Below are positions 18,585 to 28,387 of a stretch of DNA of 64,000 nt, in pieces. The DNA is from Negativicutes bacterium. GTDB lineage: Bacteria > Bacillota > Negativicutes > UBA1444. The translations under genes and the position numbers were made by a program. Under the pieces are notes generated by a model. The model was not told the DNA's origin. It ran no database searches and saw nothing but the letters and a program-made list of their open reading frames with translations. How positions within the stretch are numbered: the first letter of the stretch is position 1; each line of letters starts with the position of its first letter. Where the stretch lies: positions 32,001 to 96,000 of the forward strand of contig CAXXIN010000009.1 in NCBI GenBank assembly GCA_963665275.2, in the 5' to 3' direction.

Positions 18585-19616
18585 CTAAAGCAGGTTTTCG
18601 GCAATCATGAGTTCGGCGATCTGCAAGGCATTCAGGGCAGCCCCTTTGCGAATCTGATCGCCCACAACCCAGAGATTCAGTCCATATTTTACGCTTTCAT
18701 CGGCACGAATACGGCCAACAAACACTTCATTGAGACTCGAAGTGAACAAGGGCATCGGATATTCCATTTCCGCCGGATTGTCTTGAACAACGACGCCCGG
18801 GAATGCCGCCAGTGTAGCCTTTGCCTCAGCGACAGACAATGGAGCTTCCAATTCTAAATTGATCGATTCAGAATGGCTGCGATAGACGGGAACCCTGATC
18901 GTCGTCGCCGTGATCGCCATATCCGGCACATTCATGATTTTGCGGGTTTCATTCACCATTTTCATTTCTTCCTTGGTATACCCATCTTCTAAGAAAACGT
19001 CGATCTGCGGTAACAAATTGAACGCAATTTGATAATGTTTGGGTAAGCTGGCACTCGGCAAAATTTTGGCTTCCACCGGGCGACCCTCACTAACTGCTTT
19101 TACTTGCTCAGTCAACTCATCAATACCTTCCTTGCCGGCGCCGGAAACAGCCTGATACGTTGAAACAACCACGCGCTTGATCGGCGCTTTGTCATGAATG
19201 GGTTTCAAAGCCATGACCATGATGATGGTCGAGCAGTTTGGATTCGCGATGATCCCCTGATGAGTTCGCACCGCTTCAGGATTAACTTCCGGGACAACTA
19301 ACGGTACTGTGGGATCCATGCGGAAGGCACTGGAATTGTCAATGACCACGGCGCCCGCCTTCACAGCATGCGGGGCAAAAGTCTTGCTGGCGGACCCACC
19401 GGCGAATAAAGCAATATCGATCCCCGCGAAGGATTCCGGCGTTGCTTCTTCCACTGTATATTCCTGACCAGCCACCATCAGTTTTTTCCCGGCGGAACGG
19501 GCAGATGCCAATAATCTCATTTCGCCGAACGGAAAATTCCGTTCTTCAATCAACTTGATAAACTCCTGACCCACCGCGCCTGTTGCGCCCAAAATCGCTA
19601 CATTGTACTTTTTCAT
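18585..19616 (-). CDS. asd: Aspartate-semialdehyde dehydrogenase
   Basis: GATGAVG, IANPNCST, YQAVSGAG, RKGAALN. Confidence 0.96.
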   Translation of the reverse strand: MKKYNVAILGATGAVGQEFIKLIEERNFPFGEMRLLASARSAGKKLMVAGQEYTVEEATPESFAGIDIALFAGGSASKTFAPHAVKAGAVVIDNSSAFRMDPTVPLVVPEVNPEAVRTHQGIIANPNCSTIIMVMALKPIHDKAPIKRVVVSTYQAVSGAGKEGIDELTEQVKAVSEGRPVEAKILPSASLPKHYQIAFNLLPQIDVFLEDGYTKEEMKMVNETRKIMNVPDMAITATTIRVPVYRSHSESINLELEAPLSVAEAKATLAAFPGVVVQDNPAEMEYPMPLFTSSLNEVFVGRIRADESVKYGLNLWVVGDQIRKGAALNALQIAELMIAENLL

Positions 19617-19627
19617 ACTATTTCCCC

Positions 19628-20425
19628 CTATTCTCCAAGTAATTGATCCAACCCAACGACCAGTCCCTTGCGGCCGATAATTTTCTTGCAGGCCAATACC
19701 ACGCCCGGCATGAAAGACTCTCTGGCAAGAGAATCATGACGAATGGTCAAAATCTGTCCCACGTCGCCAAAAATAACCTCTTGATGGGCCACATAGCCCG
19801 GCAGACGAACACTATGAATCCGGAACCCCTCGTATTCGGAACCCCTCGCTCCGGGGATTTTTTCCTCTTCGTCAGGATGCCCCTGTTTCAATTCGTCACG
19901 TACTTCGGCAATCATCTTTGCCGTCAGCAGAGCTGTTCCGGAAGGTGCATCCAGTTTTTGATCATGATGCATTTCGATAATTTCGCAATGAGGCATATAG
20001 CGGGCCGCTTCCTTCGCAAAACGCATCATCAGTACCGCGCCTATGGAGAAGTTCGGACAAATAAAACAAGTGGCGTTATGTTCATCGCAATAAGTGCGAA
20101 TCATTGCCAAATCCGCCTCGGTGATTCCGGTGGTTCCGACTACGGGAATTACGCCGTTGCGCAGGGCTGTCATGACATTGCCGACAACTGCTTTCGGATG
20201 AGTGAAATCGACCATAATCTGCGGTTTGTGACTACGAATGGATGTTTCCAGATCAGGCTCGATCTGCACCCCCGATTTTCCCAGTCCCAAGATTTCCCCT
20301 ACATCCTCCCATGTAGCCTTAAGATCAACCGTTGCGACGATTTCGCACTGGGGATCCTTGGACAAGGCCTTCAGCACTTCCCTTCCCATACGACCATTTG
20401 CACCAGATACCATGACTCTGATCAT
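19628..20425 (-). CDS. dapB: 4-hydroxy-tetrahydrodipicolinate reductase
   Basis: GANGRMG, VGTTG, EMHHDQKLDAPSGTA; ATG at 20425 after AGGAGGTG. Confidence 0.96.
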   Translation of the reverse strand: MIRVMVSGANGRMGREVLKALSKDPQCEIVATVDLKATWEDVGEILGLGKSGVQIEPDLETSIRSHKPQIMVDFTHPKAVVGNVMTALRNGVIPVVGTTGITEADLAMIRTYCDEHNATCFICPNFSIGAVLMMRFAKEAARYMPHCEIIEMHHDQKLDAPSGTALLTAKMIAEVRDELKQGHPDEEEKIPGARGSEYEGFRIHSVRLPGYVAHQEVIFGDVGQILTIRHDSLARESFMPGVVLACKKIIGRKGLVVGLDQLLGE

Positions 20426-20438
20426 TTGCCACACCTCC

Positions 20439-20479
20439 TAAAAATAAAAACAGCCGGGGAGAAAGATCTCACCGGCTGC
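20439..20479 (-). terminator. Riboswitch-associated intrinsic terminator upstream of dapB
   Basis: Minus strand CAGCCGG-TGAGA...TCTCC-CCGGCTG followed by TTTTTATTTT, just before the dapB RBS. Confidence 0.8.
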
Positions 20480-20542
20480 ATCAAAACAAGCCTTGGTAAA
20501 AGCAAGAAAACACAACAGCAACGTCATGTCCAATGCTCCTAG

Positions 20543-20716
20543 ATGAGATAGCTCTCCACCAATTTAAAATTGGTGACAGTCTCATGCCTGTTAGGCATGA
20601 ACCCAGCTTCATTTCGCGTGCCGAAATGAAAGCTTCGGCAATCGGCCCTTTTCCGGAGAGTCCCCGATGCACACTCTCATCTCCGGTACTATTGCAAATT
20701 GCTCCTCTACTCTGTC
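20543..20716 (-). ncRNA. Lysine riboswitch (L-box)
   Basis: Minus strand shows the conserved blocks in order: AGTAGAGGAGC...AATAGTA...GAAAAGGG...GCCGAAG...CTGGG...AA...ACTGTCAC...GTGGAGAGCTATCT. It lies upstream of the dap genes. Confidence 0.92.
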
Positions 20717-20751
20717 CCTTTGCGGGAATTGAAATATTTAATTTTGTATAC

Positions 20752-20780
20752 ATTCTATACCACAAAATTACAACTGTCAA
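20752..20780 (-). promoter_or_regulatory. Sigma-A promoter of the riboswitch/dapB operon
   Basis: Minus strand TTGACA-N17-TAGAAT. Confidence 0.75.
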
Positions 20781-20811
20781 ACACTAATGAAGATTTTTTC
20801 TCCCGAAACCA

Positions 20812-21267
20812 TCAAGTCCCTGTACTGCCAATACCGCCGGTGCGAGTCTCTTGCGCGTGCGACTCATCCTGATCTATCAGCAGATATCGGCCAAAAATCC
20901 CCTGCGCGATACGCATACCCGTCTCAATCTGATACTTAGAAGTCCCGCCGTTGATAACTGCGATCAAAATATGTCCTTCATTATCAGGATTATCATAGTA
21001 ATCCGAATCAATAATCCCCTGGCTGTTGGCCAGATGCAATCCGTGTTTAATCGCCAGACTTGAGCGGATATGAATCCCAAGATATTCGTCTGACTGCATG
21101 TACGCTTTTAAACCGGTCGGAACTACCGCCATTTCACCGGGGTTCAAACATACGTTTGCAGCCGCAGCAAGATCATACCCCGCACTGTTCGCGGTCCCTC
21201 TGGAAGGCAGTTTCAAACCGCAATCCCTATATTCCCGCGTAAATTCAAAGCCGCGGGTAACCTTCAT
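20812..21267 (-). CDS. dut: dUTP diphosphatase (trimeric type)
   Basis: SAGYDL, IRSSL, GIIDSDY, RIAQG, RTGGIGSTG. The ATG at 21267 overlaps the upstream stop (ATGA). Confidence 0.93.
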   Translation of the reverse strand: MKVTRGFEFTREYRDCGLKLPSRGTANSAGYDLAAAANVCLNPGEMAVVPTGLKAYMQSDEYLGIHIRSSLAIKHGLHLANSQGIIDSDYYDNPDNEGHILIAVINGGTSKYQIETGMRIAQGIFGRYLLIDQDESHAQETRTGGIGSTGT

Positions 21268-22511
21268 TTCATGGCCTCCAGCCCAGAGTGTCCGATTGGA
21301 CCCAACGCTGTTAAACATGTCGATTCAGGACGATAGAGCGGTTGCGCCATATTGAACAATTGTTCCAGTGATACTTCGTCCACTTTGGCAGCCAATTTAG
21401 TCGGCGACAAGTATTCACGCGATGAAATTTCGGCACGGCCCAAACGTGACATTCGGCTGGCTGAACTTTCCAGACTGAACATCAGTCCGGCTTTTAATTG
21501 TTCCTTGGCCCGCTTGAGTTCCTCAATGCGGACGCCATTAGTCTTGATATCTCCGATAATGGAATGGATGATCTCCATTACTTCCCGCGAATTTTCCGGT
21601 GAAACCCCTGTATAGATCGTCAGTAACCCCGTATCACGAAAACTGGAAGGATAGGAGCAGACCGAATAGGCCAACCCTCTGTCTTCCCGAATACTTTGAA
21701 ATAGGCGAGAACTAACGCCGCCCCCCAAAATAGTATTCAAAACATGAGAAGCATAATAATCAGGAGCATCATGGGAAACGCCCAGGGTGCCCAGACAGAT
21801 ATGAATCTGTTCGATATCTTTTTCCTGGAAAGATCGTCCTGGTACAAATATAGGAGTTTTATCAACGACCTGCGATGAGGCTCCCGTAACTTGTTCCCAA
21901 TACTTTCTGCCCTGATCGACCAATTGGTCATGAGTCAGATTTCCTGCAGCTGCAATGACGATATTGTCAGGCGTATAGTGTCGCATTGTATAATCCACGA
22001 TCATCTCGCGGCTCATGGCACTGATAGTATCCCGAGTTCCAAGAATATTACAACCAAGCGCATGTCCCGGCCATAGGGCATTCATATGGAGGTCGTGGAT
22101 TAAGTCATCTGGAGAATCTTCATAAAGGCTAATTTCTTCCAAGACTACCTGCCGCTCTTTTTCCACATCAAGGTCTGCAAATTTAGAATGCAACAGCATG
22201 TCGCTTAGAACGTCCATTCCAAGCCCCAAGTGCTCAGGCAGCACTTTAATGTAATAACAGGTGTTTTCTCGGTCTGTTGCCGCATTCAGCTGTCCGCCGA
22301 TGTCATCGACCATTTCGGCAATATCCCGGGCGGAACGTTTTTCCGTCCCTTTGAACATCAAATGTTCAATAAAATGGGAAACGCCTTGCTCTGGCGGCAA
22401 CTCCGAACGAGAACCCGTTCCTACAAAAATGCCGAGGCTGATGGAACTCATATAGGGAATGGACTCCGATACAATCCGGAGTCCATTATCGAGGGTCGTC
22501 TTTTTGTACAA
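21264..22511 (-). CDS. M16 family (pitrilysin-like) zinc peptidase, MlpA-like
   Basis: HFIEH inverted zinc motif, LGGGVSSRLFQSIREDRGLAYSV. Confidence 0.92.
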   Translation of the reverse strand: MYKKTTLDNGLRIVSESIPYMSSISLGIFVGTGSRSELPPEQGVSHFIEHLMFKGTEKRSARDIAEMVDDIGGQLNAATDRENTCYYIKVLPEHLGLGMDVLSDMLLHSKFADLDVEKERQVVLEEISLYEDSPDDLIHDLHMNALWPGHALGCNILGTRDTISAMSREMIVDYTMRHYTPDNIVIAAAGNLTHDQLVDQGRKYWEQVTGASSQVVDKTPIFVPGRSFQEKDIEQIHICLGTLGVSHDAPDYYASHVLNTILGGGVSSRLFQSIREDRGLAYSVCSYPSSFRDTGLLTIYTGVSPENSREVMEIIHSIIGDIKTNGVRIEELKRAKEQLKAGLMFSLESSASRMSRLGRAEISSREYLSPTKLAAKVDEVSLEQLFNMAQPLYRPESTCLTALGPIGHSGLEAMK

Positions 22512-22528
22512 TGAAGTCGCTCCTCTAT

Positions 22529-24640
22529 TTAAGCTTTCGGCTCTTCAGTTGGTGTAGCCGCAGGCACGTCTTTGAGCAGATCGCGCCGTGAGAGATTGAT
22601 TCGTCCCTGACGGTCGATTTCTGTGACGCGAACCGTAATTTCGTCACCAATCTTTACTACGTCTTCCACCTTGGCCACACGTTCAATTGCTAATTGTGAG
22701 ATATGCACAAGTCCATCTTTGCCTGGGATGATTTCGACGAACGCGCCGAAGTTCATCAGACGAGTGACTTTCCCTGTGTAAATGCCGCCAACTTCAACTT
22801 CGCGCACCAAGCCTTCAATAATTTTGACGGCTTTGCGTCCTGCTTCCATATCGGTGGCCATGATGAATACCTTACCGCTGTCTTCGATGTCGATCTGAAC
22901 ACCGGTTTCCTCAACGATTTTCTTGATGATTTTGCCGCCCGGCCCGATGACGTCGCGGATTTTATCAGGATTGATCTGTAATGTGATCATTCTCGGTGCG
23001 TAAGGCGACATTTCCGTTCGCGGTTTTGCAATCGCTTGTGTCATTTTATCCAAAATAAACAATCGTCCCTTGAGGGCCTGTTCCAATGCACTGGACAGTA
23101 TCTCACGGCTAATTCCGCCGATTTTCATATCCATCTGGATAGCGGTAATGCCGGCAGCAGTTCCTGCAACCTTGAAGTCCATATCGCCCAGAGCATCTTC
23201 CATTCCTTGAATATCTGTCAGAATGGAGAAATTTTCACCATCTTTGACCAAGCCCATGGCTACGCCGGAAACCGGAGCTTTGATCGGTACGCCTGAATCC
23301 ATGAGCGACAAGGTGCTGCCGCAAACGCTGGCCATAGAGGAAGAACCGTTGGATTCGAGTACTTCCGACACTAGACGCAGTGTATACGGAAAGTCGGTTT
23401 CTGACGGCAATACCGGCACCAGGGCGCGCTCTGCCAGATGACCATGACCGATTTCACGACGGCCTGGCCCACGCATCGGACGGGTTTCACCTGTGCTATA
23501 GGGAGGGAAATTGTAATGGTGAATATAGCGTTTATAATCCTCAACGCCAAGTCCATCCAGTTTTTGCTTATCGCCAATCGCTCCGAGGGTCGTGATATTG
23601 AGCACCTGGGTCTGACCACGTGTAAAAAGACCGGATCCGTGAACCCGAGGCAAAACTCCTACTTCGCAGGTGATTGGGCGAATTTCATCGAGTGCCCGGC
23701 CATCAGGACGAATCTTGTCGACAGTGATCATCCGGCGTACGGTCTCTTTGAGAACCTTATAGAGAACATACGAAACATCTTTTTTATTGTCTGGATAGAT
23801 TTCAGCAAAGTGTGCCGCCGCCTCGGATTTCACTTCGGCCAGTTTGGCTTCCCGCGCCAGCTTGTCCGAATTGCTGACTGCTTCTTTCATAGCGTCGGTC
23901 ACATAGGCCCTCACAGCCCCGTCCAGCTCGGCTGGCGGTGCATAGGTCTTGATTTCGCGTTTCGGTTTGCCAACTGCGGCAACAATGGTTTCCTGGAATG
24001 CGATCAATTCTTTTACGACATCATGACCAAATAGAATCGCTTCCTGAATCACGAGCTCGGAAAGTTCATTCGCGCCGGCTTCCACCATCAGGACCGCGTC
24101 CCGCGTTCCCGCCACGATCAGGTCCAGCTGGCTCTCTTCCATTTGTGTTACAGTGGGATTCACCACATACTCATTATTGATATAACCGATTCGGACACCA
24201 GCAATTGGGCCATTGAAGGGAATATCGGAAACTGACAGCGCGCACGAGGCGCCTACCATTGCAATAACATCCGGGGTATTGTCCTGGTCAACAGACACGA
24301 CCGTCGCAACGATATGCACATCATTACGGAATCCATCTGCGAACAACGGGCGAATCGGGCGGTCAATCATTCTGGCGCTTAATATTGCGGTTTCAGTCGG
24401 TCGCCCTTCGCGTTTGATAAAGCCGCCGGGAATTTTACCCACCGAGTACATTCTTTCTTCATAATCAACCGTCAATGGGAAAAAATCGATTCCCTCACGC
24501 GGCGCCGCTGAAGTAGTCGCTGCGACCACCACTGCTGTTTCCCCATAACGGATCATTACCGAGCCATTAGCTTGTTTGGCATACTTGCCGGTTTCAACGA
24601 CGAGCTGCCGACCTCCGAGTTCAAATTGAAAAGTCTGCAT
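22529..24640 (-). CDS. pnp: Polyribonucleotide nucleotidyltransferase
   Basis: [34 protein letters not shown], plus KH and S1 domains. Confidence 0.98.
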   Translation of the reverse strand: MQTFQFELGGRQLVVETGKYAKQANGSVMIRYGETAVVVAATTSAAPREGIDFFPLTVDYEERMYSVGKIPGGFIKREGRPTETAILSARMIDRPIRPLFADGFRNDVHIVATVVSVDQDNTPDVIAMVGASCALSVSDIPFNGPIAGVRIGYINNEYVVNPTVTQMEESQLDLIVAGTRDAVLMVEAGANELSELVIQEAILFGHDVVKELIAFQETIVAAVGKPKREIKTYAPPAELDGAVRAYVTDAMKEAVSNSDKLAREAKLAEVKSEAAAHFAEIYPDNKKDVSYVLYKVLKETVRRMITVDKIRPDGRALDEIRPITCEVGVLPRVHGSGLFTRGQTQVLNITTLGAIGDKQKLDGLGVEDYKRYIHHYNFPPYSTGETRPMRGPGRREIGHGHLAERALVPVLPSETDFPYTLRLVSEVLESNGSSSMASVCGSTLSLMDSGVPIKAPVSGVAMGLVKDGENFSILTDIQGMEDALGDMDFKVAGTAAGITAIQMDMKIGGISREILSSALEQALKGRLFILDKMTQAIAKPRTEMSPYAPRMITLQINPDKIRDVIGPGGKIIKKIVEETGVQIDIEDSGKVFIMATDMEAGRKAVKIIEGLVREVEVGGIYTGKVTRLMNFGAFVEIIPGKDGLVHISQLAIERVAKVEDVVKIGDEITVRVTEIDRQGRINLSRRDLLKDVPAATPTEEPKA

Positions 24641-24768
24641 TCACCTTTTCCTCCTCATATATCCTTCTATTCATTCACGTTACAAATTATAACCTATTCA
24701 ACTCCAAAAGAAAATGTTCTTTTTATTTTGCAACGAAACATCTTCGTGGGCGAACTGCATACTGGCAT

Positions 24769-24793
24769 AAAAAAAGCGGGTTGCCCCGCCTTT
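24769..24793 (-). terminator. Intrinsic terminator after rpsO
   Basis: Minus strand GCGGG-GCAA-CCCGC followed by a T7 run. Confidence 0.8.
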
Positions 24794-24803
24794 CATTCAC
24801 GAA

Positions 24804-25070
24804 TTATTTTCTCAAATTGAGTTTTACGAGTAGCGCGCGGTAACGATCAATGTCGATATTTTTGAGATAGTTCAAAAGACGGCGACGCGAACCGACCATT
24901 TTCAGCAAACCGCGGCGAGAATGATGATCCTTTTTGTGTTCCTTGAGATGAGTGGTCAGTTCATTGATGCGATCGGTCAGAATCGCGATCTGAACCTCCG
25001 GCGACCCGGTATCCCCTTCGTGACGACGGTGTACGAGAATTAGTTCCTGTTTTTTCTCAGATGTAATCAT
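24804..25070 (-). CDS. rpsO: 30S ribosomal protein S15
   Basis: [13 protein letters not shown]...[16 protein letters not shown]; ATG at 25070 after AAGGAGG; 88 aa. Confidence 0.98.
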   Translation of the reverse strand: MITSEKKQELILVHRRHEGDTGSPEVQIAILTDRINELTTHLKEHKKDHHSRRGLLKMVGSRRRLLNYLKNIDIDRYRALLVKLNLRK

Positions 25071-25077
25071 TGTCTTC

Positions 25078-25163
25078 CTCCTTAAATGTGCACTCTGTCC
25101 ATTAGCCAAGAAAATCGCCGGAGGGGGCGGTGATCCTCGCCAAGGATACTGCACTTACTGCGA
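25078..25163 (-). promoter_or_regulatory. Putative S15 autoregulatory leader
   Basis: ~90-nt GC-rich 5' UTR with GTGCA...TGCAC closing complementarity. rpsO leaders bind S15 in many bacteria; structure not computed. Confidence 0.45.
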
Positions 25164-25168
25164 ATTGT

Positions 25169-25197
25169 ATTCTATCAGAACCCTCACTGAATGTAAA
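25169..25197 (-). promoter_or_regulatory. Sigma-A promoter of rpsO
   Basis: Minus strand TTTACA-N17-TAGAAT with an extended TG. Confidence 0.65.
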
Positions 25198-25220
25198 GAG
25201 TTCAGGAATATAACAGGCGG

Positions 25221-26162
25221 TCATATCCCAAAATACTTGGTCCGGGCTTCTTCCATATCGACTCTCATTTGCGTGACCAGAGAATCCGCTGAGGAGAATT
25301 TTTTTTCGCCCCGTAGCCGTCCCAAAAAATACACAGTCATTCTTTTTCCATATACATTACAGTCAAAATCTAAAATATGCGTTTCAACCCGCAAACTTTC
25401 CTGGCCAAAGGTAGGGTTAACCCCAACATTGCAAAGCCCGCGATGATATACTCCTGCAACTTTCACTCGAACTGCGTACACACCTTTTCCCGGAATCAGC
25501 AGGTGGGAGGATACCTTCAAATTAGCGGTTGGAAAGCCAAGGGTTCTTCCCCGATGGTCACCGTGCACGACGGTTCCTGTAAGCTCATAAGGACGGCCCA
25601 ACAATGTCGCAGCTTCGGCAACTTCACCCCGTGAAAGCATCCTACGAATGAGACTACTGCTGACCATGACCCCGTTCTCCATGACTTCCGGGCAGATCTC
25701 CGTTTCGATGCCATAATTTAGAGCAAGTCCGATCAGTTGCTCGGGCGTTCCCATCCCCTTATCCCCAAATGAATAGTTGGGACCAACGACGAGGCGGCGT
25801 GGATTAATTTTCGCCGCCAGCAGCTGCACGAAGTCCTCTGGTGGAAGGTGGAGAAGCTCCCTGGTAAAAGGGATCCGCACAAGTACATCTACGCCCAGAT
25901 TACGAATCTGCCCGGTCTTACCAGACAAATTCTGCAACTGGGGAGGAACTCGATGCGGATGAATGATCGACAGCGGATGGTTGGAAAATGTAAATACCAT
26001 GCTGGTACCTGCATTCATTCGGCTCCATTCAACAGTTCGACCGATTACAAAACGATGCGCCAAATGCAATCCATCGAAGGTTCCCAACGCCATCGCAACA
26101 TTGGGAAATTGGCAATGCAACTCGTCAAGACTTCTAATCAACAACATTTTACTCATTACCAT
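25221..26162 (-). CDS. ribF: Bifunctional riboflavin kinase/FAD synthetase
   Basis: GTFDGLHLAH, SSSLIR, GRTLGFPTAN, NVGVNPTF. Confidence 0.95.
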   Translation of the reverse strand: MVMSKMLLIRSLDELHCQFPNVAMALGTFDGLHLAHRFVIGRTVEWSRMNAGTSMVFTFSNHPLSIIHPHRVPPQLQNLSGKTGQIRNLGVDVLVRIPFTRELLHLPPEDFVQLLAAKINPRRLVVGPNYSFGDKGMGTPEQLIGLALNYGIETEICPEVMENGVMVSSSLIRRMLSRGEVAEAATLLGRPYELTGTVVHGDHRGRTLGFPTANLKVSSHLLIPGKGVYAVRVKVAGVYHRGLCNVGVNPTFGQESLRVETHILDFDCNVYGKRMTVYFLGRLRGEKKFSSADSLVTQMRVDMEEARTKYFGI

Positions 26163-27039
26163 CCACGAATATTTTTGTCGGATTCATCCTGCCGGCCGCA
26201 ACATCCACTTGACCGATACCAAAAAAAACGTCATCTTCGGTGTACAGGCGCGCCACGAAATTATCACGGACATCATACCCATCAGTTCTCATGTCCACGG
26301 CTCTTCCTTGTTTCAAAAACCGGGTGTCAATTTCGTCGAATCGACAGAGCGGCAGATGGGAAGCCGCAATATCAGCTGGCAGCACTACACTGGGCGGATT
26401 CGCCGTGATTTCTTCCAATGTTGCGGCCTGATTGATATCAAAAGGACCGACGCGGGTCCTCAGCAAAAAAGCCATAGTTGCAGGAATTCCGATGCGGCCT
26501 CCGATATCCTCGCACAGCGTCCGGATATAGGTCCCTTTGGAGCAGGCAACATGAATCCCGGCGCGATCATTTTGTTTGTAAAGTAGTCGGATGGACTGAA
26601 TCCGAACCTGGCGCGCCGCCCGTTCGACTTCCTTTCCTTCCCTAGCCAGTTCATACAGCTTTCGCCCATTCACTTTTAGCGCTGAATACATCGGCGGCAC
26701 CTGTTCGTAAACGCCCGCAAATGAATTCACAACGCTTTCAAGGTTTTCGAGATGCGACTCTTCGACGGGGAAAGTTGAAATTACAGTGCCTGTATCATCT
26801 CCGGTGTCGGTCGAGGTGCCGAACAAAATTTCTGCGCGATATTCTTTGTCAAAATCATCGCCATATTCGACCAACCGGGTCGCGTTCCCCAAATATATCG
26901 GTAATACCCCGGCAGCCGCCGGATCGAGCGTGCCGCTGTGCCCCACCCGTTTTTGCTTATAAATACGACGAACAAAAGAAACCGCATCATGGGAGGTCAT
27001 CCCCGGCGGCTTCAATAAATTTATCACAGCATTGATCAT
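26149..27039 (-). CDS. truB: tRNA pseudouridine(55) synthase
   Basis: KPPGMTSHD, GHSGTLDP, PPMYSALK, CSKGTYIRTL. Confidence 0.96.
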   Translation of the reverse strand: MINAVINLLKPPGMTSHDAVSFVRRIYKQKRVGHSGTLDPAAAGVLPIYLGNATRLVEYGDDFDKEYRAEILFGTSTDTGDDTGTVISTFPVEESHLENLESVVNSFAGVYEQVPPMYSALKVNGRKLYELAREGKEVERAARQVRIQSIRLLYKQNDRAGIHVACSKGTYIRTLCEDIGGRIGIPATMAFLLRTRVGPFDINQAATLEEITANPPSVVLPADIAASHLPLCRFDEIDTRFLKQGRAVDMRTDGYDVRDNFVARLYTEDDVFFGIGQVDVAAGRMNPTKIFVDGNE

Positions 27040-27995
27040 AAACCGGCTTCCCGCAGAGCTTCCAAAACACGATTCATCACTCTGGGCTTAACCTCCAGAA
27101 CTGTTCCCTTCAATGTGCATCCCGCTGCACGTGCATGACCGCCGCCGCCCAACGATTGTGCAAGATCACTTACGTTAAGTCGCCGAGAGCGGAAGCTGAG
27201 TTTCACCGTTTCCTTTTCTGAAGAGGGTTTGAACATGATGGCAACTTCTACTCCTGCGATATTCCTCGGATAATCGATGAAGCCTTCGGTATCTTCCACA
27301 TCGGCTGAGGACACGCCTGGCGGAACTACAATCGTCGCCACTTTACCGCAGTCAGACACTTCCAGCGTGTCCAACACTCTGGAAAGAGCTGTAATTCTCG
27401 AGAGGGGCATCTTTTGAATCTGCTCCGATATAGAATGCGGCTCAGCCCCATAGCTCACCAATCGGGCAGCAGCATGCAACGTTTGTGCGTCGGTGTTGGC
27501 GTAACGGAAGAAACCGCAATCCGTAGCGATGGCTGTGTAAAGACAGGTAGCCATATCTTTTGAAATCTGCTCACCTGATTCTTCAATCATTCGAAGAATC
27601 AAAATCCCGGTGGCTGCCACCGAATCATCCATTATCGTAATATCGGCAAAATCCGTATTCGAAAGATGGTGATCAATATTCAGACTGCGACCGCGAAAAT
27701 TCGAACAGGAACTACCCGTCCGGCCCGCATCTCCTGCGTCAAGAATAATAATTAGATCTCCCTGCGTCGAAGAAGTTGGTGGACGGGTGATTTTATCAAG
27801 TTCCGGCAAAAACGAATACATTCCGGGAAGATTATCGTCAAGCCACATCTGCACCCGTGCTCCCCGTTGCCTGAGAAAAAGATATAACGCAATCATGGAC
27901 CCGAGTGCATCACCATCAGGATTAATATGCGTAGTCAGAACAATTGTACGGGCGCGAGCAAGCTCGCGCAATGCATCTCCGGAAGTTCCCCGCAT
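27036..27995 (-). CDS. DHH/DHHA1 phosphoesterase (NrnA-like)
   Basis: HINPDGDALGS, NIDHH, ATDCGFF, GGGHARAAG. Confidence 0.9.
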   Translation of the reverse strand: MRGTSGDALRELARARTIVLTTHINPDGDALGSMIALYLFLRQRGARVQMWLDDNLPGMYSFLPELDKITRPPTSSTQGDLIIILDAGDAGRTGSSCSNFRGRSLNIDHHLSNTDFADITIMDDSVAATGILILRMIEESGEQISKDMATCLYTAIATDCGFFRYANTDAQTLHAAARLVSYGAEPHSISEQIQKMPLSRITALSRVLDTLEVSDCGKVATIVVPPGVSSADVEDTEGFIDYPRNIAGVEVAIMFKPSSEKETVKLSFRSRRLNVSDLAQSLGGGGHARAAGCTLKGTVLEVKPRVMNRVLEALREAGL

Positions 27996-27997
27996 TA

Positions 27998-28354
27998 TTA
28001 TTGTTTCCCTTCTGTCTGTTGAATCCCCCGCAAAAGCTTCCCAATATGCTCACTGTTATCGAGGGAATTGTCCTGATGCAGCGTCAATTCCGGCGTGTGC
28101 CTGATTCCCAGACGTCGCCCGACCTCTGTCCGTAAAAAGCCCAGTGAATGCTGCAAGCCGATCCACGTCGCTTTCTTGGCTTCCTCGGATCCCATCAGAC
28201 TAATATAGACTTTCGCTGACCGCAGATCCCCTGTTGCTTCTACCCCTGTCACGGTAACAAAACCAATGCGGGGATCTTTGAGTTCGGTCAGAATAATTTT
28301 ACTCAGTTCCTGTTGAATGAATTCCTGAATTTTTTCAACACGCTGTTGTCCCAT
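27998..28354 (-). CDS. rbfA: Ribosome-binding factor A
   Basis: LKDPRIGFVTVT...DLRSAKVY...RHTPEL. Confidence 0.95.
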   Translation of the reverse strand: MGQQRVEKIQEFIQQELSKIILTELKDPRIGFVTVTGVEATGDLRSAKVYISLMGSEEAKKATWIGLQHSLGFLRTEVGRRLGIRHTPELTLHQDNSLDNSEHIGKLLRGIQQTEGKQ

Positions 28355-28387
28355 GACAGTTCACACCCCTTTACTCCCATCTGCCTA

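Noticed and set aside
19643-20542. 299-aa plus-strand ORF opposite dapB
   Set aside because: Antisense shadow of a conserved gene; no motifs and implausible composition.
20481-20780. 99-aa minus-strand ORF upstream of dapB
   Set aside because: It starts at the -35 box TTG and spans the lysine riboswitch; the non-coding explanation fits far better.
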